From assembly GCF_006345805.1 (NCBI RefSeq), contig NW_021832026.1, positions 1 through 33,625 of the forward strand: a stretch of DNA of 33,625 bases, given 5' to 3'. Of this stretch, positions 1 to 11,214 are shown piece after piece; position 1 is the stretch's first letter; every line of letters begins with the position of its first letter. This stretch comes from Octopus sinensis. Taxonomy: Eukaryota. The translations under genes were made by a program, and so were the position numbers. The notes below the pieces were generated by a model, which saw only the letters and a program-made list of their open reading frames with translations, ran no database searches and was not told the origin of the DNA.

Positions 1-144
1 TTGCATTTATGTGTGTTACGCGTACCTGAGTGCGTACGTACGTTTATGTAAGTCTCTACGAATATTACTAACTGCGTGTGTTGTGTCCCGTTATGAGATC
101 AGTGAGTGTCACTGCAAGCTTTTTCGAGTATGAGAAATATTGAT

Positions 145-185
<41 letters not shown>

Positions 186-228
186 GTGTGTGTGTGTGTA
201 GTGTGTGTAGTGTGTGTGTAGTGTGTGT

Positions 229-790
229 GTAAGTGTGTGTTTATGGATGTCTGCATATTACTTTATTATATAATGTTTGCTTTATTGTTTATATTTTTTT
301 GCCTACCTGTCAGCTCTAGTCGATCAAATCTACGATCAAAGACTTTCCAAACTTGACCATCACGCCCTTTTGTATGACCGGGACTATACCATCTGAAGTG
401 TCCTTCCTATCTCAAACTATTCGCTCAGATGATTTGACTATTATTTCTAGCACTACGTAGGGGCATCCTTCCTTCAGTATTTGTGTGTGTGTGTGTGTGT
501 GTGCGTGTGTGTGCGTGTGTATGTGTAGTGTGTGTGTGTAAGTGTGTGTTTATGGAAGTTTGCATATTACTTTATTATATAATGTTTGCTTTATTGTTTA
601 TATTTTTTTGCCTACCTGTCAGCAGCTCTAGACGATCAAATCTACGATCAAAGACTTTCCAAACTTGACCATCACGCCCTTTTGTACGACCGGGACTATA
701 CCATCTGAAGTGTCCTTCCTATCTCAAACTATTCACCTAGATTTGACTACTATTTCTATCACCACGTAGGGGCACCCTTCCTTCACTATT
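229..790. repeat. Tandem duplication, two copies of a ~309-bp unit (unique segment plus (TG)n)
   Basis: TTTATGGA(T/A)GT(C/T)TGCATATTAC starts at 240 and 549. The following ~240 bp align with scattered substitutions and small indels. Confidence 0.9.
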
Positions 791-805
791 TGTGTGTGTG
801 TGTGT

Positions 806-848
<43 letters not shown>

Positions 849-1034
849 TGTGTGTGAATGCGCGGGCTTGATTGAGTTCTTTATTTGCTCTGTGTACATG
901 CTCCTGTGCGTGAGTGCTTTGTATATGTTTGTTTACGAGGTTTACATATTATCTATATGTACGAGTGCATGTATGTATGAAGGTATATACATCTATCTAT
1001 CTGTCTGACTATCTCTCTCTTCTATATATATATA

Positions 1035-1431
1035 TCTTTATATATAAAAGTAAGGTTGTGTGTCTGTCTCCTACGATTTAGATTCCTAACTACTCCACAT
1101 TTGCGGTGCAGTGCAGTGTAACCAAAAGTGGGGTATCTTATAGTCGTGTTCATATCAAGCCTTTCTGGGTATTAGCGCGCGTCTACGATGAGTCTACGAT
1201 TTAAAAAAAAATTACCATCATTTTTCCCATTTTAATGCATTTTTTTCGCTATTATATAAGGGAAGTAACTCTCTAAAAATGTCTACGATGAGTCAACGAT
1301 TTAAAAAAAAATTACCATAATTTTTTTTCCATTTTTAATGCATTTTTTTGCTATTTTTGGCTATAACTCTCTAAAAATGCTTTATAGTTATTTCCCTTAC
1401 AAACCCGAGCAACGCCGGGCGATACTGGTAG
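1035..1431 (+). mobile_element. Non-autonomous Helitron, family H1, copy 1
   Basis: A|TC 5' end (TCTTTATATATAAAAG). Subterminal hairpin CCCGAGCAACGCCGGG at 1404-1419. 3' end GTAG|T (CTAG mutated). No TSD. Internal ~105-bp tandem duplication. Closely matches 7630-8029. Confidence 0.85.
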
Positions 1432-1464
1432 TATATATATACATATACGATTTATGCTATGATT

Positions 1465-1676
1465 GCTTTAGTCATTTGACTCCAGCCATGCATCACTCTA
1501 AAGAATTTTAAGTCGAACAAATCGACCCAGTACTTTCGTTTCAAGCTTAGAACTTATTCTATCGGACGTAAACACACCAGCACCGGTTGTCTATCGTGTG
1601 GAGGATATAACCACAGACACAAAGACAAACACACGCACGCAACACAACCACACACACACTCACACACACACACACA

Positions 1677-1746
<70 letters not shown>

Positions 1747-2027
1747 TACGGGCTTCTTTCAGTTTCCTTCTAAGAAATCCACTCACAGATACAAAGACAC
1801 AGACACAAAGACAAACATGCACAGAGATACACACTCACACACACACTTATATATATATATATATATATATACGACAAGCGACTTTCAGTTTCCGTCTAAG
1901 AAATCTACTTACAAGGCTTTGGTCGGCCCGAGGCTATAGTTGAATGCACTTGACCAAGGTGCCATGCAATGGGACTGAATCTGGGACCATGTGATTGAGA
2001 AGCAAGCTTACAACACAGCCACAAGCG
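1465..2027 (-). mobile_element. tRNA-derived SINE family A, decayed, with internal duplication
   Basis: Reverse complement matches the family A head (GGCACCTTGGtCAAGTG...CTATAGCCTCGGGCCGACCAAAGCCTTG) and tail (TCGATTTGTTCGACT...CAAATGACT). The central segment is present twice. Confidence 0.8.
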
Positions 2028-2167
2028 TTCGTGTATGAAGGTGTACGGAGGCGTGCAAAGATGTGTGCATATGAGATTAGGTGTAATGAGTATATTATAT
2101 ACATTTATATATATACATATATATATGTTTGTGAGAGTATATATGTGTATCGATAAATCAATGCTTT

Positions 2168-2314
2168 TATCTCTATCTATCTATCTATCTATCTATTTAT
2201 CTACCCCTTTATATGCATCAAGCTAGCTACCTATCTATCACTCTCTCTTTCTCTGTATGTGTATATGTGTGTGCATGCCTTATACTATCTATCTATCTCT
2301 ATCTATCTATCATC

Positions 2315-2346
<32 letters not shown>

Positions 2347-2457
2347 ATCTATCTATCTATCTATCTGTCTGTCTGTATCTATCTGGTATCTATCTATCTA
2401 TCTATCGATCTATTATTATCTATCTATCTATCTATCTATCTACTGTCTGTCTATCTG

Positions 2458-2488
<31 letters not shown>

Positions 2489-2489
2489 G

Positions 2490-2534
<45 letters not shown>

Positions 2535-2535
2535 A
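2168..2535. repeat. Compound (TATC)n/(TGTC)n microsatellite
   Basis: Direct reading of the sequence. Confidence 0.95.
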
Positions 2536-2869
2536 TGTGTGCGTGTATATATATATACATATATATGTGCGTATGTATGAATGTATGTATGTGCGTACGT
2601 ATGTACGTGTGCGTATGTCGGTAGTGAATATTGGAGTTCAGCTATGGGTCCCCATAACAACGTCAAGACACCAATTATTCCACAATTTCCGCCGGTCAAT
2701 TATTAGCTTCAGTCCTCAGATCTAAACACAACAAGCCTTGCTACACCTGTATTACCTGCCCTACTCATTGTAGTCATTGCTGATTGCTTTAGCTGCTGTT
2801 ATCGCTGACGTTGTCATTGTCACCGTAAGTTCATTGTGCCACCGCCATAGTAGTTGTAAAAAGTCGTCG

Positions 2870-2899
2870 TCGTCGTCGTCGACGTAGTAATAGCAGAGA

Positions 2900-2967
<68 letters not shown>

Positions 2968-3250
2968 TTGTTGTTGTTGGTGGTGGTGGTGGTGGTGGTG
3001 TTGGTGGTGGTGTTGATTGTGGTGGTAGTAGTAGTAGTAGTAGTTGTAGTAGTAGTAGTAGTAGTGGTGGTGGTGGTGGTGGTGATGGTGGTGGTGGTAG
3101 TAGTAGTAGTGGTGGTGTTGGTGGTGTAGGTGGTAGTAGTAGTAGTGGTGGTAGTGGTAGTTAGTAGTAGTAGTAGTAGTGGTGGTGGTGGTGGTGGTAG
3201 TAGTAGTATAGTAGTAGTAGTAGTAGTAGTAGTAGTAGCAGCAGCAGTTG
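2870..3250. repeat. Compound (GTA)n/(GTG)n/(GTT)n trinucleotide repeat
   Basis: Direct reading of the sequence. Confidence 0.95.
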
Positions 3251-3379
3251 TTTGTATTGACCGTCACAACAATCCTTGTACTTTCGCTTTCTGCTCACGG
3301 ACGAAAAGTCATCAAACGGTTGTTACAATTGTTATAATTAGCGGGTCTCCAAATGTGGTGAGCTGGTAGAATTATCAGA

Positions 3380-3567
3380 GTGAGAGAGAGAGAGGGGGAG
3401 AGTGAGAGAGAGAGAGGGGGAGAGTGAGAGAGAGAGAGGGCGGAAGGGAGAGAAGGGGCACGGCCAGAAAGAGCGAGGGAGTGAGAGAGACAGAGATAGA
3501 CAGACAGAGAGAGGGCCAGAAAGCGAATGCGTGAGTCTGAAAGAGAGAGAGAGAGAGACAGACAGTT

Positions 3568-3599
<32 letters not shown>

Positions 3600-3965
3600 G
3601 CAGACAGGGAGAGGAGGAGGAAGGAAGAGAAGGAGGACGGGCAGAAAGAGCCAGGGAGTGAGAGAGAGACAGAGATAGAGAGAGAGAGGGACTCTGAGAG
3701 ATAGAGTTAGAGAGAGAGAGCTAGAGAAAGAAAGAGAGTCAGACAGAGAGAAATAAAGAGAGGGAGAGCTAGAGAGAGAAAGCTAGGGAGAGAGAGAGTC
3801 AGACAGAGAGAAATAGTGAGAGAGAGAGAAAGCTAGAGTCAAACAGAGATAGAGAATAGAAGAGCCAGCGACGATGAGTGAGTCAGAGAGAGAGAGAGTG
3901 TTAGAGAGGGTTAGAGAAAGAGAGTTAGAGAGTGAGACAGAGAGAGAAAAAGAGAGAGAGAGAGA
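3380..3965. repeat. Degenerate (GA)n purine tract with recurring AGCTAG and GTCAGACAG subunits
   Basis: Direct reading of the sequence. Confidence 0.9.
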
Positions 3966-4269
3966 ACTTCTGCAGTATTTCTTCCGGGTCTTTACACTTT
4001 GAACTTCTGAGTTCGAATCCCGCCGAAGTCACCTTTACCTTTCATCCCTCTAGGATCAATAAATCAATAGCCATATTATACTATTCATAGTATGAATAGT
4101 ATCGGCAAATCTCTTGCCCTCAAACATGCTGGTCTTGTGCCTAAATTAGAAACATTTATTGTAATCAGTTCCTTTTATGATCGGTAAGCAACTATAATTT
4201 TCTGTTTAATGTCCCCATCCGGTTATTGTTATCACAATAAGTAGCTTTCAATATATATGATCAAATCAA

Positions 4270-4490
4270 GGCGGCGAGCTGGTAGAATCGTTACTGCGCC
4301 GGAAAAATTGCTTAGCAACATTTCTTCCGACTTCACGTTCTGAGTTCAAAATGCCGCCTGTGTCAATTTTACCCTTTATCCTCTAAGGGTCGATAAAATA
4401 AGTACCTGTTGAACATTGGGTCAATATTATCGGCTTACCCATTGCCCCGAATGTACTGGCCCTGTGCCAAAATTCGGAGCAAAAGCTTCC
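4270..4490 (+). mobile_element. tRNA-derived SINE family B (a partial copy also lies at ~3975-4070)
   Basis: GGCGGCGAGCTGGTAGAATCG head, B-box-like GAGTTCAAA, and core CCTTTATCCTCTAAGGGTCGATAAAATAAGTACC. Confidence 0.85.
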
Positions 4491-4691
4491 CCGTGCGCTA
4501 TATCCAGAACAGTTGAGAAAAAAAGAAATTTAGCTGTTATTTTTAGCAGGTTAACTGACCAGGCTGCGCTATTGTTGTCATTAGTACAATTAGATGTGGT
4601 TTGTTTTCGTTTAGCCACAGGTAAATCATTACCAAGCACATAGCAATGATCAAATGCGTTCCAAATGTGACCATTCCATTATTTTTTTCTT

Positions 4692-4830
4692 GAGCTGTGG
4701 TAAAAAGTTTGCTTCCAAGTTCAGTCCCACTGCATGGCACCTTGGGCAGGTGTCTTCTACTATAGCCTCGGACCGACCAAGGCCTTGCGACTGGATTTGG
4801 CAGACGGACGCTCAGAAAAGCCCGTGTATT
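4692..4830 (+). mobile_element. SINE family A, partial 5' half
   Basis: GTTCAGTCCCACTGCATGGCACCTTGGGCAGGTGTCTTCTACTATAGCCTCGGACCGACC matches the other family A copies. Confidence 0.85.
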
Positions 4831-4835
4831 GTATA

Positions 4836-4878
<43 letters not shown>

Positions 4879-4972
4879 ATCCAAACAAGAAAACACAGAA
4901 AAAAAACACAGCAACACGAGGACGTGGAACAATTAAAGTATTATTTGACGCTCAGGAAAGAAGGGAAGGAGG

Positions 4973-5007
4973 GTTTAACGTTTCGAGCGGAGCTCTTCGT
5001 CGGAAAC
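4973..5007 (-). ncRNA. Minimal type I hammerhead-like motif in a short pLTR-like repeat (~4875-5050)
   Basis: Minus strand reads GTTT CCGACGA A GAGC-TCC-GCTC GAA ACGT T AAAC: 4-bp helix I, core with U4>C, 4-bp helix II, palindromic helix III ACGT, N17=U. Confidence 0.65.
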
Positions 5008-5100
5008 AAGGAGAAGGAAAGATCCCAAGAAGGGAAGACAGAGGAAAAAAAAAATATATGTGTGTGTATATGTGTGTGAGTGTGTGTGTGTGTATAATGT

Positions 5101-5735
5101 AGGCGCAAGAGTGGATGTGAGACATGTAACTTGCTTACCAACCACATGGTTCCGGGTTCAGTCTCACTGCGTGGGACCTTGGACAAGTGTCTTCTACTAT
5201 AGCCTCGGACCGACCAAAGCCTTGTGAGAGGATTTGGTAGATGGAAACTAAAAGAAGCCCGTCGTATATATATATATATGTGTGTGTGTTTGTGTTTGTA
5301 CCCCCACCATCGCTTGACAGTCGTTGCTGGTGTGTTTACGTTGCTGTAATTTAGCGGTTCGGCAAAAAGGGACCGATAGAATAAGTACTAGGCTTACAAA
5401 GAATAAGTCCTGGGGGTCGATTTGTTCGACTAAAGACAGTGCTTAAGCATGGCCGCAGACAAATTACTGAAACATGTAAAAGACGAAAAGAATATATACA
5501 TGTGTGTGCGTGTGTGTGTGTGTGTGTGTCCCACACCACTTGACAACCGGTGTTGGTGTGTTTATGTCACCGTAATCTAGCGGTTCGGCAAAAAGCCACC
5601 GATAGAATAAATACCAGACTTTAAATAAAAAAAATTTTCAGGGGTCGATTTGTTTGACTAAAAAGCTCTTCCAGGCGTTGCCCCAGCATGGCCGCAGTCA
5701 AATGACTGGTACGAATGAAAGGTAAAAGATGAAAA
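5101..5735 (+). mobile_element. SINE family A, full length (5101-~5490), followed by a duplicated 3' half (~5528-5735)
   Basis: AGGCGCAAGAGTGG head through CAGCATGGCCGCAG..ACTGAAAC tail. The tail module TTAGCGGTTCGGCAAAA..GATAGAATAA..GGGGTCGATTTG occurs twice. Confidence 0.9.
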
Positions 5736-6289
5736 GATACAGGACTATGACACAGAACGTGTTTTCCTAGCTTTTAGACATTATATATAGACAGATAGAG
5801 ATTTGATATGGGGGGGGGGGGAGATTTTGGCTGCTATTTCTAGCAGGTCGAAGTGGATGAAATATTGTTACGCGAGAAGTTATCATTCTTACTTTTGTCG
5901 TCTTCGTCACAGCCGTCGTCGTCGCCGTAGTGGTGCAGCTAACTTTCATTAATGGTCGCAGACACTACGCGCGAAACACACGCACGAACACACACACGCA
6001 CGCACACACATACACATACACACACACACAGATACACTTTCAACAGTTTCCTCTTTCAGATTCCGGACTTTATACTCTATATATCTTTTAATACGATTGC
6101 ATTGCTTGTTTTTACTTGTTTTTTTTTAAATTTTTGTTTCTTTTCTTTTTTTGTTTTGTTTTTACTTTTTGCTTCTCGTTTACTTTTTCTTTTTTCTTTT
6201 TCTTTCGTTCTCATTAAATGTTTGGGTCGATACAAACGACGACGATAGGCCTCTCGAAGACTAACGCTCTGAGTCAAACATCACCATCG

Positions 6290-6760
6290 TCGTTGTCATC
6301 GTCATCATCATCATCATCATCATCATATCATCACTATCACCATGGTAGCCTTCGTCGTCGTTGTCGGCGACGGCGACGGCGGCGGCGACCTCTTGATCAT
6401 TGTCTTCATAATCATCATCATCAGCCTCCTACTCTTCCTCCACATCATCATTATCGTCATCATCATCACCCTCATCATCGTCATCATCATCATCATCATC
6501 GTCATCATCATCGTCATCATCGTCATCATCATCATCATCGTCATCATCATCGTCATCATCATCATCATCATCATCATATCGTCATTATCATCATCGTCAT
6601 CACCCTCATCATCGTCATCATCATCATCGTCATCGTCATCATCATCATCATCATCATCATCACCCTCATCATCGTCATCATCATCATCGTCATCGTATCA
6701 TCATCGTCATCATCATCATCATCATCACCCTCATCATCGTCATCATCATCATCGTCATCG

Positions 6761-6791
<31 letters not shown>

Positions 6792-6850
6792 GACCACCAC
6801 CATCATCATCATCATCGACATCATCACGATCAGCATTATCATTATCATGG
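6290..6850. repeat. (CAT)n/(CGT)n trinucleotide array with ~60-bp higher-order units marked by CACCCT
   Basis: CACCCTCATCATCGTCATC recurs at about 6466, 6601, 6661 and 6726. Confidence 0.9.
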
Positions 6851-7629
6851 CCATGATTACGAATCATGAATCTCATCTTGTATAAAAGATCGATAGCGTG
6901 TGTGAACGTCGTTTGTAAATTTGTCCATGTGTGTGTGTTTGCCACCACTATGCCCATGTGTGCGTGTACATGCATGAACGCACGTTTGTTTCTGTGTGTT
7001 TGTGTGTGGGGGGGGTAGCGTGTGTAACTGTGAGGCACGGGAGATAGTCCCAGCCGAAGACAATGCATCTGTAGCTAATCTCTCATGAACTGTTTATCAA
7101 TGAATTAGATTAGTCGCCTGCCTCCTTCCCGTAAGATTTTACTTTTACTTCTGTCTGCATCTGTCTATCTCTGTGTCTCTGTCCTACATTCTCTGTCTAT
7201 CTCTATCTATCCATCTATCTATCTATCTATCTATCTATCTACCTACATACCTACCTGTCTACCTGTCTGTCTGTGCGTCTGTGTGTCTATATGTCCGTCT
7301 GTTTCTCTGCCTCTCTCTATCAGACTCACTCTCCTTATCTCTGTTTCACACTGTATACTTTTGTTTGTTTGTTTGTGTATGTGTATATGTATATATATAA
7401 TATATATATTATATTATATATATATATATACACATATATTAGAAGATTGGAGATGAGTACAGGTATTTTATATTAGAAGAAATGAGGTACTCAGAAATTC
7501 GGATGGTTTTATATTTACAGATATTTATTTGTATATTACATGTTTTTATACATCATATAACATACATCATATATCATATATTAGCGCTTTCGTTCATTCT
7601 GGTGGATTTTTCAAATGGAACTATATATA

Positions 7630-8029
7630 TCTTTATATATAAAAGTCAAGTTGTGTGTCTGTCTCCTACGATTTAGATTCCTAACTACTCCCACATTTTG
7701 AGGTGCAGTGTAACCAAAAGCGGGTATGTATCTTATAGTCGTGATTCATATCGAGCCCTTCCGGGTATTAGCGCGCGTCTACGATGAGTCTTCGATTTTA
7801 AAAATAATTTACCATCATTTTTTTCCATTTTTAATGCATTTTTTCGCTATTAATAAGGGAAGTAACACTCTAAAAATGTCTACGATGAGTCAAACGATTT
7901 AAAAAAAAAATTACCATAATTTTTTTCCATTTTTAATGCATTTTTTTGCTATTTTTGGCTATAACTCTCTAAAAATGCCTATATAGTTATTTCCCTTACA
8001 AACCCGAGCACGCCGGGCGATACTGCTAG
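7630..8029 (+). mobile_element. Non-autonomous Helitron, family H1, copy 2
   Basis: A|TC 5' end, CCCGAGCACGCCGGG hairpin, CTAG|T 3' end at 8026-8030. Same internal duplication as copy 1. Confidence 0.9.
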
Positions 8030-8091
8030 TATATATATATATATATATATATAGATATATATATATATATATTAGAGAGAGAGAGAGAGAG

Positions 8092-8158
<67 letters not shown>

Positions 8159-8238
8159 CAGAGAGATAGATATAGATATAGATATAGATATACACACATA
8201 TATATGTATATATGTATACACACACATACATATACATA

Positions 8239-9045
8239 CGAGATATGATCAAAATGTATCCGGACTGTTCCTATAGTACGAAGGTATTGCACGCAGAGTA
8301 AAACCGCTTGGCAAAGATTGACCTTGATTGTTGCTGAGTATGCGCAAGTAAGGATCTAGTTCACTTCCGTGTTTATAGCAGTGCTTGGAAGGAAGGTGCG
8401 TTGCGTGTGATTGTCGCATTGACTATGACAAAGAAAGTTGTCATGGTGATACCTGCTCAGAGGCCTATGAGCCGCACAAGAGCGTACGAGTGGTTCAGAC
8501 ATTTCTAAGATGGCCGAAACAATGTTGATATTGAGGAGGGCTGCAACCAGCAGAACTGAGGAAAATTTATCGAATCAGCATCCGTCAATTATCAGAGGAC
8601 GTGTAGATTAGTTACGGTTCAGTTCAGACCATTATCACTGAAAATTTGGATATGAAACGCGTGTATGCTAAGTTTGTGCCAAAACTGCTTTCAGCTGACC
8701 AAAAAGATACCCAGGTGTCAGTTGCACAACATCTCTTTGATTGTGTCCAGAAAGATGAAAACATTTTGAAAACTTTGCGTAGGCCTCTGAGCAGGTATTA
8801 CCAAGCTTTTGACAAAATTTCATGCAGATTCTCTGCTCAACTTTTTATGTCATATTCAGTGAAGTGATCACACGCTACACACCTTCCTTCTAAGCACTGC
8901 TGTAAAAGTCAGAAGTGAGCTAGAACATTAAAACTTAGTGCGCATGTACGGCAGAGTTCAAAGTCAACCTGTGCCAAGCGGCTTTACTCTGCATGCTTTA
9001 GGTTCGTTATTATGGCAATAGTCCGGATATTATTGATCACACTTG
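8239..9045 (+). mobile_element. Mariner (Tc1/mariner) non-autonomous derivative, 807 bp, with long inverted arms
   Basis: TA TSDs at 8237-8238 and 9046-9047. Termini CGAGATATGATCAAAATGTATCCGGACT and, reverse-complemented, CAAGTGTGATCAATAATATCCGGACT. Transposase remnant MDMKRVYAKFVPKLLSADQK...DENILKT (WVPHEL-type linker variant). Confidence 0.9.
8425..8775 (+). pseudogene. Decayed mariner transposase N-terminal (HTH and linker) region; the catalytic domain is absent
   Basis: ATG at 8425 (MTKKV), GDTCSEAY, and KRVYAKFVPKLL. Stops and frameshifts are present. Homology ends just before the expected first catalytic Asp (TGDE) motif. Confidence 0.8.
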
Positions 9046-9094
<49 letters not shown>

Positions 9095-9298
9095 ACACAT
9101 ATATATATATATACATACAAAAGCTAGATAAGATCCGGACTACAAGCTTCAAGTCAGGCAAAACCTCGGAAGTGGTAAATATTTAAGCTAGGTGTACACC
9201 CCACGCTACTCCTGAAGCCAAAGGTATCTTGAGTGAATGAAAATTTACATTGTTGCACAAGGAGGTACGTTAACACATGGAAGATTCGATCAGAATGA

Positions 9299-9327
<29 letters not shown>

Positions 9328-9337
<10 letters not shown>

Positions 9338-9487
9338 TTATTAGAGACAAAACCACTATTTTGCAAAAAAACAAGGAAAGACTTAATCAATACATAAAAT
9401 TTTATATTTATTAAAATTTTATGTATTGATTAAGTCTTTCCTTGTTTGTTTTGCAAAATAGTGGTTTTGTCTCTAATAATATTTTAT
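9328..9487. repeat. AT-rich inverted repeat, ~77-bp arms, ~7-bp spacer
   Basis: ATATTATTAGAGACAAAACCACTATTTTGCAAAA..AACAAGGAAAGACTTAATCAATACATAAAATTTT is mirrored at 9412-9487. Confidence 0.9.
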
Positions 9488-9901
9488 AATATTTTACTAT
9501 AAAATTGGATTTAATCCTAAATCTGATTTTTTCCCTGTAAATTTGGATTTATTCTTAATATTTATTATTAATATTATATTATTATATATATATATATATA
9601 TATATAGTATATATATATATATATATATTATATGTGTGTGGTGTGTGTGTGTGTGTATAAATATGTGTACGTATGTGTATGATTGTGTGCGTGTGGAGGG
9701 GTTGTGTATGTGTGCAGAAAACGTAAATCTAATACAAACTTGCTGCCAGTTCAAATATGCTTAAAGGTGTTTGGTCTCGTAAGAAAGCCAGTCACTGTAT
9801 TTTGTGGTGGAGAAAATTTCTGGCCTCAGATTAGAGCAACCAATCACAGTACAATGACGGGAATATTATAAGTGACAACCCTCTCTTATCAGTTCCCCTG
9901 T

Positions 9902-9949
9902 CTGATACTGAAGAGGAGATAATCATTCCGAAATGCATGCATCCATCAG
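9902..9949 (+). ncRNA. Type I hammerhead ribozyme motif with a canonical core
   Basis: CTGATA CTGAAGA GGAG-ATAATCA-TTCC GAA ATGCATGCAT C CATCAG. Helix I has 5 bp plus an A.C mismatch next to the core. Helix III is a 10-nt palindrome. AUC triplet, predicted cut 9943/9944. Confidence 0.75.
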
Positions 9950-10137
9950 TCTGCTTAGAGACCGCTGTGACTAATTCGGTGTATTTAACACATATTTGTG
10001 TAATCGAGAAATTTTCTTATATATTCGAATATGCAAGAAAGTTTCTGATGGGTTCGAATATGCCTTAAGCATGTGGACAATGCTAATAAATTTGTACTTA
10101 AAACACACCACTGCTTAGCGTTTTCAGCCCATATAAA

Positions 10138-10550
10138 TCTATATATATATATATATATATAAAGCTGAAGTTGTCTGTGTGTGTGGGGCAGGTTTGGTAA
10201 CCTTCAACTAACACTATCCCCTCCGAGACCTTGCAGCACAAGTTGACCAAAATTGAGAGTATGACAGAAGAAGGCTTGCTCTTCATTCCGTAGAAGAAAA
10301 AAAATTCAAAACAGACTATGTTAAGACCAAAAATTATTTACATCAAAAAGGTACTTTTTTCTATGAAAATCCCTAATTTTAACGATTTTTTTTACTGCTG
10401 TGTCGCCGTTTTTCGGTGTATTTCAACCAGAAAATGTTCACTTAAAGAGAATAACAAGCTACATAAGGAAAAATTTTTACGTTTCAAAAATGCAAATTCT
10501 AATGGGTCGAAAAGAAAACAAACCCGAGCAATGCCGGGCTATACTGCTAG
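10138..10550 (+). mobile_element. Non-autonomous Helitron, family H2
   Basis: A|TC start, CCCGAGCAATGCCGGG hairpin, CTAG|T end at 10547-10551. The internal sequence is unrelated to H1. Confidence 0.85.
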
Positions 10551-11214
10551 TTTAATATAACATTACGTTTCTTTTGTAGCATATAATGTTTGTTCTTACC
10601 CTTTCTTGCCTTCCCGATCTTCCGATCACCCTTTCCAACTCTGTCTGAGTGTCTGTCTGTTTCTCTCTGTGTCAGTCTATCTGTCTATCCGTCTGTCTCT
10701 GTCTCTCTGTCTCCCCCTCTCTCTTTCGCTCTTTCTATCTCTCCCTGTATGGTAATTTTATTTAATCTTTTCGAAAGATTTCAATGGAACACTCAATGCA
10801 TTACTGTCAACAGGAACGACAAAGGAGTTTCCATAAACCGATGCAAAACAAATATACAAATAAAAGTTGAGGACACTATCCAGAGACTACAATTTATTGA
10901 CATTTTTTCGCTGACATACATAATTTACAACTCTATGTCTGGGAAATCCGACGGCCGCAGCAGACGATTATTGCCCATCAACAATATAAACACAAGTGTT
11001 TATATATAACCCACGTGCCCATACGAGACACCCTCTCATAGCAAATAACGCAGTATTCAATGTTTATTCTGTGTTCTAACACATCATGTACTTTAATAGA
11101 ATATGAATATTTTAAATCTGTCACTATTAACTGTTAATTATATATATAATGATAGAAATGTCAAGACACAAAAGAATGAAAGATACCTCGATATTATATA
11201 AATAGAGAAATTTA

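Noticed and set aside
2213-7068. Long ORFs rich in His, Ser, Asp, Met, Ile or 'YLSI' (also at 17089-17559 and 25385-26429)
   Set aside because: They are translations of (CAT)n, (GTA)n and (TATC)n microsatellites, open in several frames, with no domain content.
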